A stretch of 53,656 nt of DNA from a virus (IMGVR_UViG_3300023181_000009:1-53656), one strand, 5' to 3'. Positions 38,300 through 47,835 are shown, counted from the first letter of the stretch. Numbers and translations are program-made. The notes: generated by a model from the letters alone, not told the origin.

Positions 38300-38557
38300 T
38301 TAGTTAGTTAAATATACCGATAGGTTTTCTACAAATGGAACTGTTTTAATACCGCATTCTCTTTGGTATTCAGCACAACCAACACTGCCTGTAGAAAAGT
38401 CACTATTTTTTTTTGCTTTCAATACTACAGCAGTTTCACGAGTTAGCATATTATCATGCCACCCAATATATAATACTTCTTTAGTTAAAAAGTTTTGTAC
38501 CTTTTTATATTCTGCTTCGTTTGTAACTATTACAGAAATCCCTTTTTGTTTACTCAT
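38300..38557 (-). CDS. Hypothetical protein
   Basis: ORF within the operon. Confidence 0.65.
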   Translation of the reverse strand: MSKQKGISVIVTNEAEYKKVQNFLTKEVLYIGWHDNMLTRETAVVLKAKKNSDFSTGSVGCAEYQRECGIKTVPFVENLSVYLTN

Positions 38558-38565
38558 GATTAATT

Positions 38566-38880
38566 CTATTTACAAGGTAATTTATTAATTTGTCTAACCT
38601 GTACGTATTTATCCCAACCCTTTGTTTCAAAGTTATAATTGTAATGTGTAGCAATTTCATAATGCTTACCATCGCTTGCTGTGCCTGAAATTACCGTGTC
38701 CATTCCATACTCTTCTCTGCAATGAACACCTATTTTAATAGTTCCTGTAGTTGTTGTAACAGTAAGCGTGTTATTAATTGTAGGCTGTGTGCCGGGACTT
38801 AAATTATTATCAAATCCAGTTTGTTGCGCGGTCATGTTTAATGCTGTAAATAGCATTGCTGTAATAAAAAGTGTTTTCAT
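38566..38880 (-). CDS. Secreted protein (signal peptide)
   Basis: MKTLFITAMLFTALNMTA/QQ; Gln at +1 is typical of Bacteroidota SPI substrates. Confidence 0.65.
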   Translation of the reverse strand: MKTLFITAMLFTALNMTAQQTGFDNNLSPGTQPTINNTLTVTTTTGTIKIGVHCREEYGMDTVISGTASDGKHYEIATHYNYNFETKGWDKYVQVRQINKLPCK

Positions 38881-39013
38881 TATTAATCGTTTTTAAATTG
38901 TTGATGTTGAAAGTAAAAAGCAAGAACCGCACTAATGAAAAGTAAAAAGGCTAAAAAGGCACATATAAAAATACATATTTCCTTTGCGTTTTTATATTCT
39001 AAGTTTGTCATAA

Positions 39014-39826
39014 TTAATCGTTTTTCAGCGTTATTGGTTCGCCTTTGTATAGTTTAAAATCTGATTTATCAAAAGAATCATATTCTCCGTGTCTTAAATT
39101 AGTGTAATCAGGAGATGTATAAATCATAGTTCCAAGAAACTTATCATAGTATTGATTTCCGATTGGATTACTCAAAACTAAATACGGTTTTCCATGACCC
39201 TTATGTTCAAGTATATTTGATTTAGACCAATCTATACTTTCAGGTTCTTTGGCGTGTTCATTTTCCTTAAGCACTAAGCGTTTAAAGTCTTCGGTGGATA
39301 GTAAAATATAATCTTCTTTTTTGCGGAAAGTAGTTTCTAAACCGCTTGTTACGTAAATAATAGGATGTTTTTCGGATCTATCTATATAATCGTAAATATT
39401 GGTGTTTACCCACTCTATAATTTCATAGTTATCAGCTTTAACACACCACTTTTCAGGCAATTCAGTAAGTTCTTTATTTACCGGCGCATCGTTACAATTA
39501 GCTACTTCATCAGTATTAACTTCAATGTTGTTTATTTCCTGCATAAAATCAGATCCTTTTTCCAATATATTAATCTTACGTTCAAGTGCCTTTACACGCT
39601 TGTTTAATGAGGGTTTAAGAAACTTTGAAGCAGAAAATATACAATATGTGTTTGGTATAGAAACAACAAGAGTAAAATTATATTCAGCGTGTTTAATAGC
39701 GTAAAAACCATGCTTAAACTTTGGATTATATCCGTATGTGTCTTTAAATAATTTATTTATACCCTTAGCCTCTTTTTTAGTTTTGATGTGTATAACATCA
39801 TTTGGTTTTAAATCTGTAATTTTCAT
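39014..39826 (-). CDS. Modular hypothetical protein
   Basis: 270 aa ORF containing an LPEKWCVK module. Confidence 0.7.
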   Translation of the reverse strand: MKITDLKPNDVIHIKTKKEAKGINKLFKDTYGYNPKFKHGFYAIKHAEYNFTLVVSIPNTYCIFSASKFLKPSLNKRVKALERKINILEKGSDFMQEINNIEVNTDEVANCNDAPVNKELTELPEKWCVKADNYEIIEWVNTNIYDYIDRSEKHPIIYVTSGLETTFRKKEDYILLSTEDFKRLVLKENEHAKEPESIDWSKSNILEHKGHGKPYLVLSNPIGNQYYDKFLGTMIYTSPDYTNLRHGEYDSFDKSDFKLYKGEPITLKND

Positions 39827-39836
39827 TGTTTTTGTT

Positions 39837-40034
39837 TTAAGTGTTTTTATAACTGTGAAATCCTTTTTGAAAGCTGCTGTAAGTCCATCCTTTAATTTGT
39901 TTCATATATATAAATGCTTTAAATGTCATTTGCCTAACCATTATTATATCGTCTTTAAAAGCTACTACATCAACTATAGTTTCAGCAGGTGTTTTTAAAA
40001 ATAGATGGTCTTTGTTAGCTTTTGGTAGTGCCAT
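39837..40034 (-). CDS. Hypothetical protein
   Basis: ORF within the operon. Confidence 0.6.
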   Translation of the reverse strand: MALPKANKDHLFLKTPAETIVDVVAFKDDIIMVRQMTFKAFIYMKQIKGWTYSSFQKGFHSYKNT

Positions 40035-40311
40035 TACATCTGTTTATTTCATGTTTAATGTGATTTATAGACCTCCAACATGCATTAAATCCATTAGGTG
40101 TTTTACCTTTGTCATCTAATATATTAAACACAGCATCCTTATTTTTGTTTTGTGCCATTAAAACCCATAACCCTTTATATTTAAAATGAATATTACCATA
40201 GTATAAATCCTTTTTAGGTAGCCCATCATTAAGCATATCAATAAGGATATTTGCATTCTCAATAACAATAGATTCATCAAACGCATCTAAAAGGTTTAAC
40301 TGGGAACTCAT
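40015..40311 (-). CDS. Hypothetical protein
   Basis: ORF within the operon. Confidence 0.6.
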   Translation of the reverse strand: MSSQLNLLDAFDESIVIENANILIDMLNDGLPKKDLYYGNIHFKYKGLWVLMAQNKNKDAVFNILDDKGKTPNGFNACWRSINHIKHEINRCNGTTKS

Positions 40312-40652
40312 CTTTTAATTGTTCCGTTTAAATATTCCGTTATTTCTTCTTTGGTAAAAGTTACATCCGAATCAAATCCATCTTTTAATACGAATATGTC
40401 GGTAATTGTTATAGTTTCTATTTCTGAAATGTCGTAATCTAAAAAATCATCATAAATTTCATATACAGTATTAACTTTAACTTCAACATCAATGTAAACA
40501 CATAACTCATATTCGTTATATATTCCAGTTAAAGATAAACTTTGCTTTTCCAAGTTATTGTTATCGAAAACCTCGTTTATATCTTCAAGGTTCTTAAGTA
40601 GGTTTTGTTTTATAGTTTGCATAACCTTAATTTTTATCGTGAATAGTACCAA
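40308..40652 (-). CDS. Acidic hypothetical protein
   Basis: Likely start at MQTIK; very D/E-rich. Confidence 0.6.
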   Translation of the reverse strand: MVLFTIKIKVMQTIKQNLLKNLEDINEVFDNNNLEKQSLSLTGIYNEYELCVYIDVEVKVNTVYEIYDDFLDYDISEIETITITDIFVLKDGFDSDVTFTKEEITEYLNGTIKR

Positions 40653-40962
40653 CCACTTCTAACCATTTTTCGCAGTCCTTCAATTCCTGAACTTCAACGC
40701 ATGGGAATCTAATTACAAATTGGCAAGTGTCCTGATACCATTCTATAACACCACCATCTTTGCTTTTATCTCCTACATAAACATCTTTGCCGTTAATGTC
40801 TTTTTTGCCTGTGAATTGCATTAATTCAAGTTGATAGTAATCTCCATCAGTATCAAATTTACCTGCATGAAATCCATTATCCTTCTCGTACTTTATTTTA
40901 AACTGACCAACGTAAAGCATTTTATTATTTAGCTTATCAAACGCCCTAAACTTAATGTCCAT
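40627..40962 (-). CDS. YopX family protein
   Basis: IKFRAFDK...LMQFTGKKDINGKDVYVGD...EVVGTIHD. Confidence 0.88.
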   Translation of the reverse strand: MDIKFRAFDKLNNKMLYVGQFKIKYEKDNGFHAGKFDTDGDYYQLELMQFTGKKDINGKDVYVGDKSKDGGVIEWYQDTCQFVIRFPCVEVQELKDCEKWLEVVGTIHDKN

Positions 40963-40968
40963 AAAAAT

Positions 40969-41043
40969 AAAAACCCCAAAAGCAACGGTGGTAGTCGAAT
41001 ACTTAAGGGGAATTTGTTATACTGTTAGTAGCTACCACACTAC
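40969..41043 (-). promoter_or_regulatory. Structured kissing-loop leader (copy B)
   Basis: Hairpin GTAG-TGTGGTAG-CTAC; terminator-like hairpin with loop ACTACCAC. Confidence 0.6.
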
Positions 41044-41060
41044 ATTTATAACTTTTAAAA

Positions 41061-41522
41061 CTATATTTTATATTTATCTTTTACATCTTTAAGGCTAACC
41101 TTTATCAACTTATTTTCTTCTGCACTTCTCAATTTATTAAGGTTTTCTATTTGCTTTGTTAAATTTTCTATTACGTTTTTTATAGGCTCATTTTCATCAT
41201 TTGGCAGAAAATAACTTTGCTCATCATATTCAGATAATTGCCCCTTCATACCTTCCATGTCTTCCGCAATAAACCTGTTGTCTTTACGCAAGCCAACTAT
41301 TCTTAAAGTTTTTGCCTCGTTAAATACTGACCCATGTTTTTCTACAAAGAAAGGTGTAAACTCTGTATTGTACTTTATGTAATCATCTATAGACTTTTTA
41401 GCCGAAGCATAAGACTTTTTAGTTTCCTGTCTATCATATTTATCTGATACAGAATAAAAATTCTCGTTATCCGTATCAAAAAATATTTCAAATCCTCTGT
41501 AATTTTCTATTAGTGTTTTCAT
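41061..41522 (-). CDS. Hypothetical protein
   Basis: ORF within the operon. Confidence 0.7.
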   Translation of the reverse strand: MKTLIENYRGFEIFFDTDNENFYSVSDKYDRQETKKSYASAKKSIDDYIKYNTEFTPFFVEKHGSVFNEAKTLRIVGLRKDNRFIAEDMEGMKGQLSEYDEQSYFLPNDENEPIKNVIENLTKQIENLNKLRSAEENKLIKVSLKDVKDKYKI

Positions 41523-41524
41523 AT

Positions 41525-41782
41525 CTATTGTTTTAGTGAGTTTATAATATTCTCAACTTCTGTAATCCTGTTTAAGCAGTCTTCAACTCCTGTAGATGGC
41601 TTAATTGACTTATTTAAAAAGCCTCTAAGTGCAGTTTTAATAGTAGGGTAATAAAAGTTGTCAGTAAATTCGTAAGGCTCTTTAGAACCATCCTTTTTAT
41701 TTTCCTTTTCCCTTGTTTCAAAAAATTGAAGTATAACATTGTTTTCGTCTGTTATAATCCTGTAATTTTCGTTTAGTTCCAT
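41525..41782 (-). CDS. Hypothetical phage protein
   Basis: YRIITDENNVIL...YYPTIKTAL pattern. Confidence 0.65.
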   Translation of the reverse strand: MELNENYRIITDENNVILQFFETREKENKKDGSKEPYEFTDNFYYPTIKTALRGFLNKSIKPSTGVEDCLNRITEVENIINSLKQ

Positions 41783-41787
41783 TTTAT

Positions 41788-41940
41788 CTATTGTTTTTGT
41801 TTTTTGTAACCATCAAGTATTTTATAAACCTTTTCCTTTATTTCAGATTTGTGGATTGTAGGAACTAAAAATTGTATTGATTCTACTTTACCTTCAAACT
41901 TTCTTTTCCTTCCCGCGTTACGTTCGTTTTGTTTTGGCAT
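41788..41940 (-). CDS. Small DNA-binding-like protein (50 aa, absent from the ORF track)
   Basis: MPKQNERNAGRKRKFEGKVESIQFLVP...; NAGRK motif followed by a beta-alpha pattern. Confidence 0.5.
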   Translation of the reverse strand: MPKQNERNAGRKRKFEGKVESIQFLVPTIHKSEIKEKVYKILDGYKKQKQ

Positions 41941-42053
41941 ATAATAAATAATAAATAGTTGATAAATTTATCAACATTGTTGATATTTTATTTGACTTGA
42001 ATTCGTAATTAATAAGCAAAGTACTTATATACAGTTAGTTGGTTATTGACTGG

Positions 42054-42320
42054 TTATATTTTATATTCTAAGTTTTTACTATATTTAAAACTTATATACA
42101 CACCTCTAAATAATCCGTTTACCCATATTGGAGAACGCATCGTTTGAATTAATCCCAATTCAGATAGTAATTTGCAAATATCAAAATCAGGATTATACAT
42201 ATTTGAAGGCTCAAACCAAGTGTTTTCATTAAAAGTGAATAATCTTTCAATATGGAAATCAACATCTAAATAAGGCATTGAGTTTCTTTGTAAAGACTGG
42301 TATATTAAAGTATTTTGCAT
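42054..42320 (-). CDS. Hypothetical protein
   Basis: TAATG-coupled ORF. Confidence 0.6.
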   Translation of the reverse strand: MQNTLIYQSLQRNSMPYLDVDFHIERLFTFNENTWFEPSNMYNPDFDICKLLSELGLIQTMRSPIWVNGLFRGVYISFKYSKNLEYKI

Positions 42321-42478
42321 TATTTACGAATTAAAAAATTGTGTTTGTAAATTCTAACCATTGCATCGGCAGTGTTTTCGTTGCCACCATTTAATTTTAA
42401 TTGCTTAGACCTAAATTTACACAATGCTTTTTCATCATATAAACCAGTTGATACCATTTCTTTAATTATTGCTGACAT
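42320..42478 (-). CDS. Small hypothetical protein
   Basis: Promoter TATATTTG at 42509-42516 lies inside the track ORF, so the start is probably ATG 42478. Confidence 0.55.
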   Translation of the reverse strand: MSAIIKEMVSTGLYDEKALCKFRSKQLKLNGGNENTADAMVRIYKHNFLIRK

Positions 42479-42567
42479 AATATTATATTTTGTTGTTTTT
42501 ATCTGATACAAATATAACACATTAAATTAAATAAACACACATTTAATTAAAGTATTTAAATTTATTT

Positions 42568-43251
42568 TTATCCTGTGTAAATACCCAATTCCGCGTTAAA
42601 CCTTTGCCTTAATTCAATACGTTCTTCTTTAGTAAATTGACGTTCCTGTAATTTTAGCCATTTAACTATTCCGCGTGCAATGCTTATCTTTTCTTTTATA
42701 GTATCAATGCTTAGTTTAATAGGAGGTGTTGATTTAAGGCTGTTTAAGCGTTCTAAATACTCTTTACCGTATAAGCTTACTATTCCATCCTGATAACGCA
42801 ATGTATCGCCTGATTTCCACATATTAGAATGTTCTGATTGGTTCCAAATGTTTTCTAAATGAAATCTAATCGTAGGATGCGCGCCCCGTGAATGCATATG
42901 TCCTGCGTTCCTCTTACCCTTAAGACTATTAGTTGCTATACATGGCCATCCTGCATCTATATACTTTATTATGGCGTTTATTTCACGTTGCAACATATCT
43001 TCATAATATCTTTTCGGGTTAAGCTCCTCACGTGTTTTTTTATTCTTAGCCTTTTGTTCTGACTTAACTATTGATTTTGCTTTAATTATTGACTTTGCTA
43101 ATTTAATCTTGCCTGGTTCCGAATGCAGCAAAAAGTTACTGTAACAGCACATTTTACCAAGACCGTTAATCCTATGCATAGTTAATTTTCCGCAACCGTA
43201 ACCCTTTGCAATGCCTAAGCCTTTGCATACTTTCTCTTTGGGTTTTATCAT
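42568..43251 (-). CDS. ninG: NinG/Rap-family recombination endonuclease
   Basis: LQREINAIIKYID.GWPCI...NAGHMHSRGAHPTIRFHLENIWNQ. Confidence 0.8.
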   Translation of the reverse strand: MIKPKEKVCKGLGIAKGYGCGKLTMHRINGLGKMCCYSNFLLHSEPGKIKLAKSIIKAKSIVKSEQKAKNKKTREELNPKRYYEDMLQREINAIIKYIDAGWPCIATNSLKGKRNAGHMHSRGAHPTIRFHLENIWNQSEHSNMWKSGDTLRYQDGIVSLYGKEYLERLNSLKSTPPIKLSIDTIKEKISIARGIVKWLKLQERQFTKEERIELRQRFNAELGIYTG

Positions 43252-43255
43252 AAAT

Positions 43256-43642
43256 TTATTTTTTTAATTCCAGTTCTTTACCTGTATTCGCGTGTATTAG
43301 GTTCTGTATTTGGTGGATGTATTTTAAATCAATGTATCTGTCATAATACCTAAAACCTTGCATTCCATTAGTAATACCATCCTTATCAAAGTCAAATCCA
43401 AATACAGGGTCAATGTAATCATATTTAGTCCTAAATTGGCTTTTATAGGTTTGCTCAAATCCGAAACGCAAAAGCCATTCGTCGGTTATTGGTATTCCCT
43501 CTGCGTTTAGCAAATGATTATAATTTTCATTTTCTTTAAAATATAACTCATCAGGATTTGAAAATATATCTGAAACAGTCCATATATTGCCTGCAACATA
43601 TAAAAAATTACCAATCCGTAATTCTTGTGCTTTAATAATCAT
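43256..43642 (-). CDS. Hypothetical phage protein
   Basis: ELRIGN...IPITDEWLLRFGF...YIHQIQNL...TGKEL pattern. Confidence 0.7.
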   Translation of the reverse strand: MIIKAQELRIGNFLYVAGNIWTVSDIFSNPDELYFKENENYNHLLNAEGIPITDEWLLRFGFEQTYKSQFRTKYDYIDPVFGFDFDKDGITNGMQGFRYYDRYIDLKYIHQIQNLIHANTGKELELKK

Positions 43643-43673
43643 TGTTTTTATTTATAAAGGTTATTGTTTTATG

Positions 43674-43934
43674 TTACTGGTTATTTGCTATCATATTTAG
43701 TTTAAACATTAAACCTTCTATAGTATCAGAATACTCATAGTTTAAATTATTGTCTTCGCACCACTTTTCTAAACTCAATCCTTTTCTACCTTTAAGTTGG
43801 GTAGGATTAAAATATCCACCTGTAAACTTGTAAGTACCGCCTAAATTTTTATTTCCATGTCCCTGACCACCCTCTATCAGTAAGTAGTAAACTACTGAAA
43901 ATCCTGTCTCATGTTTATATATTATATTTCTCAT
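43674..43934 (-). CDS. Hypothetical protein
   Basis: ORF within the operon. Confidence 0.6.
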   Translation of the reverse strand: MRNIIYKHETGFSVVYYLLIEGGQGHGNKNLGGTYKFTGGYFNPTQLKGRKGLSLEKWCEDNNLNYEYSDTIEGLMFKLNMIANNQ

Positions 43935-43939
43935 ATTTT

Positions 43940-44251
43940 CTATTTATAAGGATTGTTATTATCGGTTACTGTAAACCTCCATTTATTTTTAAGATATAAA
44001 GCTTTTACAACAGCTCTTTTTAGGATGGTGTCAAAATCCTTTGTTCTTGATTTAGAGGTTACATTATCCATTATAACTTCATTTTTATAGGGATTAGTAA
44101 TAGCATAATCATATAGCCCCTCCCAATTTTGAATATCTACAGGGAAGCAGTTAATATTTAACCATCTGTATACAATTAAATATTTGTATTGTTCAGGTAT
44201 AAAAAACCAATAATTAGGCTTTTTAAATTCTTTAGGTAGGTTATTTAGCAT
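43940..44251 (-). CDS. Hypothetical protein
   Basis: ORF within the operon. Confidence 0.6.
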   Translation of the reverse strand: MLNNLPKEFKKPNYWFFIPEQYKYLIVYRWLNINCFPVDIQNWEGLYDYAITNPYKNEVIMDNVTSKSRTKDFDTILKRAVVKALYLKNKWRFTVTDNNNPYK

Positions 44252-44669
44252 AGGTATTATTTTGTTCTGTTACTGGTATCCATGAGCCTTCGGGTAAACC
44301 TATTGCAAAATTTAGATTTAGCAAATATTGTTCTTCCCAATTGTTCAAAACGTTAACTCCATCTTCATAATCTGCTAAAAGCATATCTTTATAAATGTAA
44401 TATGCTGTAACTCTAAGTGATTTATTTTGCATGTATTCCAATGGAACTACTCCATTAATAACGTTTGTAATCATTTCAAATGGTCGTGCTAATATGTGGT
44501 ATTCGGTGCCTATTTTGTCAAAAGGAATATATTTATCATCACTTACCTTTGAGCCATATATACCGATTACACCTTCTAAAACTCCGTGTATACCGTACAC
44601 TTTTCCCTCTTTATCCTGCAACATATATGAGTTACCATAAAGGGTTGCTGCTATTTGTTTTGTTATCAT
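44241..44669 (-). CDS. Hypothetical protein (distant LKPLS/LRP family member)
   Basis: YHILARPFEMIT...YLLNLNFAIGLP. Confidence 0.6.
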   Translation of the reverse strand: MITKQIAATLYGNSYMLQDKEGKVYGIHGVLEGVIGIYGSKVSDDKYIPFDKIGTEYHILARPFEMITNVINGVVPLEYMQNKSLRVTAYYIYKDMLLADYEDGVNVLNNWEEQYLLNLNFAIGLPEGSWIPVTEQNNTYAK

Positions 44670-44833
44670 AATTTTATTTTTAAATAGTTAAAGTTGTTTA
44701 AGTTTAAAAATTTTCCCACTGAAAATAAAGGATATGTATTAATTCCTTTTTTCCACATATAATCCAATGTAACATCCATGTATATCATTGTTTTTCATTT
44801 TAAAATCCTACATCTGGTTTTGTAGTTTCATGG

Positions 44834-45745
44834 TTACTTGTGTTTAGTAAATTCATCTAACGTAGTTACTTTACGTTTAGTTAGCATGTTTTCAAGTACC
44901 GGTTCATAGTTTGGTATTGAAAAAGGTAATCTATCATTGTTAACACTTATTCCAAGTGTAGGGAATTTTTTACCTCTTGCACGTTGACAAATTAACTCTG
45001 AATAATCGCCCATATCCTTAACTATAACTACTGTTTCGCACTTCTGTTGCAATATTGTACCTAAATGCCCTCTTGCCTTTTCAGTTCCTGGATTTAAGTG
45101 CAATACTCCTGTTATGTGACAATTTGCAAGTGTACTGTATTTCATAAGCTTTTGTGTAAATTCCACGCACTCTGTAAGCGAATTAAAATCTGCTATGAAG
45201 TCAACGTAACCATCTAATGAAACTATACCTAATTTGTCTTTATAAGGACTTTTAGTAAATAGCCAATCGAGATAAGCTAATCTTTCAAAAGTACTATATT
45301 CCCTTAATTTAATTGGTATATAGTATTCATGTATTCCACCTACCGCCCTTTTAATCCTATCTGCTGTATTCCAAGAGTCGAAAGAGTCCTGCTCTGTATC
45401 AATATCAATTATATATTTGCCTTTTAAATCATATCCTACAATATCCGAACAAAGGTTATTTGCCATTCCACCAATTGCACAAGCTATAATTAAACTTTTT
45501 GCCCATGTCTTACGGCTTTTTTCTTCACCCTTAAGCATCGATATATTACCAAAAGTACCAAATCTTAAAGGGTAATGTGTGCCGTTGTAGGCTATATCAT
45601 CCACACCGATAGAAATTGCAATTGGCGGTCTTGGTGGTTTTATATTTAAATCAATAGTTGCCTTTTTGTGTACCTCTGAATAATCTAATTCTTTAGGGTT
45701 GTCATTAGGCAGCATTATCACTGGGGATATTTTCTGTATTGCCAT
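44834..45745 (-). CDS. RecA/AAA_25-family ATPase (putative replicative helicase)
   Basis: Walker A GEEKSRKT, IDTEQ, Walker B VSLDG, VLHLN...RGHLG. Confidence 0.75.
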   Translation of the reverse strand: MAIQKISPVIMLPNDNPKELDYSEVHKKATIDLNIKPPRPPIAISIGVDDIAYNGTHYPLRFGTFGNISMLKGEEKSRKTWAKSLIIACAIGGMANNLCSDIVGYDLKGKYIIDIDTEQDSFDSWNTADRIKRAVGGIHEYYIPIKLREYSTFERLAYLDWLFTKSPYKDKLGIVSLDGYVDFIADFNSLTECVEFTQKLMKYSTLANCHITGVLHLNPGTEKARGHLGTILQQKCETVVIVKDMGDYSELICQRARGKKFPTLGISVNNDRLPFSIPNYEPVLENMLTKRKVTTLDEFTKHK

Positions 45746-45747
45746 AA

Positions 45748-46428
45748 TTAAAACATAGTTAGTTGTTGTTGATGACTTTTAAGTCGTTTACAAGCGGCAT
45801 CGAAATAATCCTTATCCAATTCACAAGCCGTTAAATTAAAGCCTAAATTATGGCATGCTATCGCTATTGATCCACTTCCTAAATGGGTGTCTAAAACTAA
45901 CTGATTAGGCTTAGAATAATTCATTAACAACCATTCATAAAGCTTTACAGGTTTTTGTGTTGGGTGTATTCTAACCTCTTTATTTTTCATATCATGCTGT
46001 ATCATTCCGTGCCATGCAATAGAGACAGATTTTATACTATTTAATAATGAGCAATAAGCTAACTCCCCATCAGAGTAAGTAGGCATAGTAACGCACTTAT
46101 CCCAATAAATTCTACCACCCGATAAAAAATCGTAAGGGTAATAATTTACGCCCCATATTATTTGATTTTTTGAGACTCTAAACAACTCTTGGAAGTAATT
46201 TTCGTTAGGAACATTTAAATCCCATTTCTTATTATCATATGATTTTATTTTAGCTAATGATTTCTTTTCATGACTATCGCTATTTTTACCATTGTTTTTT
46301 TTGTCAGCACCTATCCCATAAGGCGGATCCACTATAGCAAGATCAAAGTATTTATCAGGATAACGAGCCATTAAAGCAATGTTATCTTCGTTTGTAATAT
46401 TTATTTTATCTACCATTTTAAATTTCAT
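45748..46428 (-). CDS. DNA adenine/N4-cytosine methyltransferase (beta class)
   Basis: DLAIVDPPYG...HPTQKPV.LY...LDTHLGSGS. Confidence 0.9.
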   Translation of the reverse strand: MKFKMVDKINITNEDNIALMARYPDKYFDLAIVDPPYGIGADKKNNGKNSDSHEKKSLAKIKSYDNKKWDLNVPNENYFQELFRVSKNQIIWGVNYYPYDFLSGGRIYWDKCVTMPTYSDGELAYCSLLNSIKSVSIAWHGMIQHDMKNKEVRIHPTQKPVKLYEWLLMNYSKPNQLVLDTHLGSGSIAIACHNLGFNLTACELDKDYFDAACKRLKSHQQQLTMF

Positions 46429-47014
46429 TATCTGTTAATGTTTTACATCCTTTATCCTCGTAATCTGCATAATGTTCACAGCAATGCAAATCATGTTCTT
46501 TGTTTTCATACCTGACTAATAATTCAGATAAAAAGTTATTAAGCTTTTCAGTTATGGCTTCATTGCTAAACATATGTTCTTTCATGAATTTAGCAAAGCT
46601 GTCACTAATTACAGGGTCTTTTGCTTTATCGCTATTTTCTTTGTAAACCTCCCTAAGTGTTTCTATACTTTGGGGCTTAACGGTATCTTTAAATTCATAG
46701 TGATTAAAAAAATCGTTCAGCCTAAACATATCCATATTTAATTTAAAACGCTCGTAATGCCCTTTTAAAGGCTCTTTAAGAATATTTTGTATTTCCTTTT
46801 CTGCTGTAATGTTTGAGCCTTCATAATGCAATAAAAGCTGATTATAAACATACATAGTCATTTTACAAAAATGGTGGTTACGTGCTAATCTTTCTTCTTT
46901 AACAAAATTTATCCAATCTACAACTTCGTTAAAAGCATTAGCATCAGTTTGGTTGGGCTTATTACCTTTTGCTATTGTATAAGCAAGTCTGTTCATTGAT
47001 TTATCTATTTGCAT
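46418..47014 (-). CDS. Hypothetical protein in the replication module
   Basis: ORF between the initiator and the methyltransferase. Confidence 0.65.
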   Translation of the reverse strand: MQIDKSMNRLAYTIAKGNKPNQTDANAFNEVVDWINFVKEERLARNHHFCKMTMYVYNQLLLHYEGSNITAEKEIQNILKEPLKGHYERFKLNMDMFRLNDFFNHYEFKDTVKPQSIETLREVYKENSDKAKDPVISDSFAKFMKEHMFSNEAITEKLNNFLSELLVRYENKEHDLHCCEHYADYEDKGCKTLTDNEI

Positions 47015-47052
47015 AGCCTATTAATTAATTTAATCCGTTTTAAGGCATTATT

Positions 47053-47835
47053 TTATGTTTTTGATATCAATACCTTGCTTATGTTTTTTCTAAGCGTTGA
47101 TGCGCTTAAAATAGTATTCTTCCAAAATAGTTCGTCGTCGCTGTTTAGGTAGTTATAAGCATCTAAAAGATTTTGCATTGTAACACCGTCATTTTCTAAC
47201 ATCAAACGTATTTCACTTACATACGCCTTATACGTTGCTTTTTCTTGGTGTGTAGTTGGCGATCCTTTTGCTTTAAGATTTTTAATAAATACCTGTCTAA
47301 ATTTTTCGGCTATTGTAAAATGCTTTAGTGATATTTCTGTTTGAGGTATTTGAAAACCTTTTGCAATTAAAAACTTATTATCGTCTGAAATTTTAATTTC
47401 GGACAATAGAGTTTTATCTATCTCTTTTCTATTCTTATCTACTCTTCTCTTCTCTGCATCATTTTGCATTGCAAAGTTTATATCTTGCAATGCACTTGCA
47501 TCCGTTTGCAATGCACTTGCATCAACTTTAGCCCATCTTTTATTAGCTGCTTCACGCCTTTTTTCTGAATTATCTAATACGTTAACAAACTGTTCGTCAA
47601 GGAATTGTATTTTTATAAAACCTAAATCTGCTTTAACAATCTTTCGGGTTAATAAAATATCTAAATGTTCTTTGTCAATTTCAATTTCAGCATCCTCAAC
47701 ACTCAAATCACATTCTTTATTCCAGTATAAACAACATAAACGTATAAATCTAAGTTGCGTAATTTCGGGTGCTCTTTGTATCTTTCCCATATTCCAATCG
47801 AGAATTGAGAACTTAAACCATTGTAGCTTATCCAT
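47053..47835 (-). CDS. Replication initiator (lambda O-like organisation)
   Basis: WFKF...LCCLYW N-terminal domain, RREAANKRW, repetitive linker carrying DNA iterons. Confidence 0.7.
   Translation of the reverse strand: MDKLQWFKFSILDWNMGKIQRAPEITQLRFIRLCCLYWNKECDLSVEDAEIEIDKEHLDILLTRKIVKADLGFIKIQFLDEQFVNVLDNSEKRREAANKRWAKVDASALQTDASALQDINFAMQNDAEKRRVDKNRKEIDKTLLSEIKISDDNKFLIAKGFQIPQTEISLKHFTIAEKFRQVFIKNLKAKGSPTTHQEKATYKAYVSEIRLMLENDGVTMQNLLDAYNYLNSDDELFWKNTILSASTLRKNISKVLISKT
47421..47523. repeat. Putative replication origin: iterons plus a strand-asymmetric tract
   Basis: TTGCAATGCACTTGCATC at 47485 and 47506 (21-bp period), inverted repeat TTTGCA-t-TGCAAA nearby, pyrimidine tract 47421-47454. 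Confidence 0.65.

Noticed and set aside
44670-44850. Possible frameshifted C-terminal tail of the AAA ATPase (...ETTKPDVGF in another frame) and a 40 aa remnant ORF
   Set aside because: No recoding signal is visible; cannot be told from chance without homolog alignments
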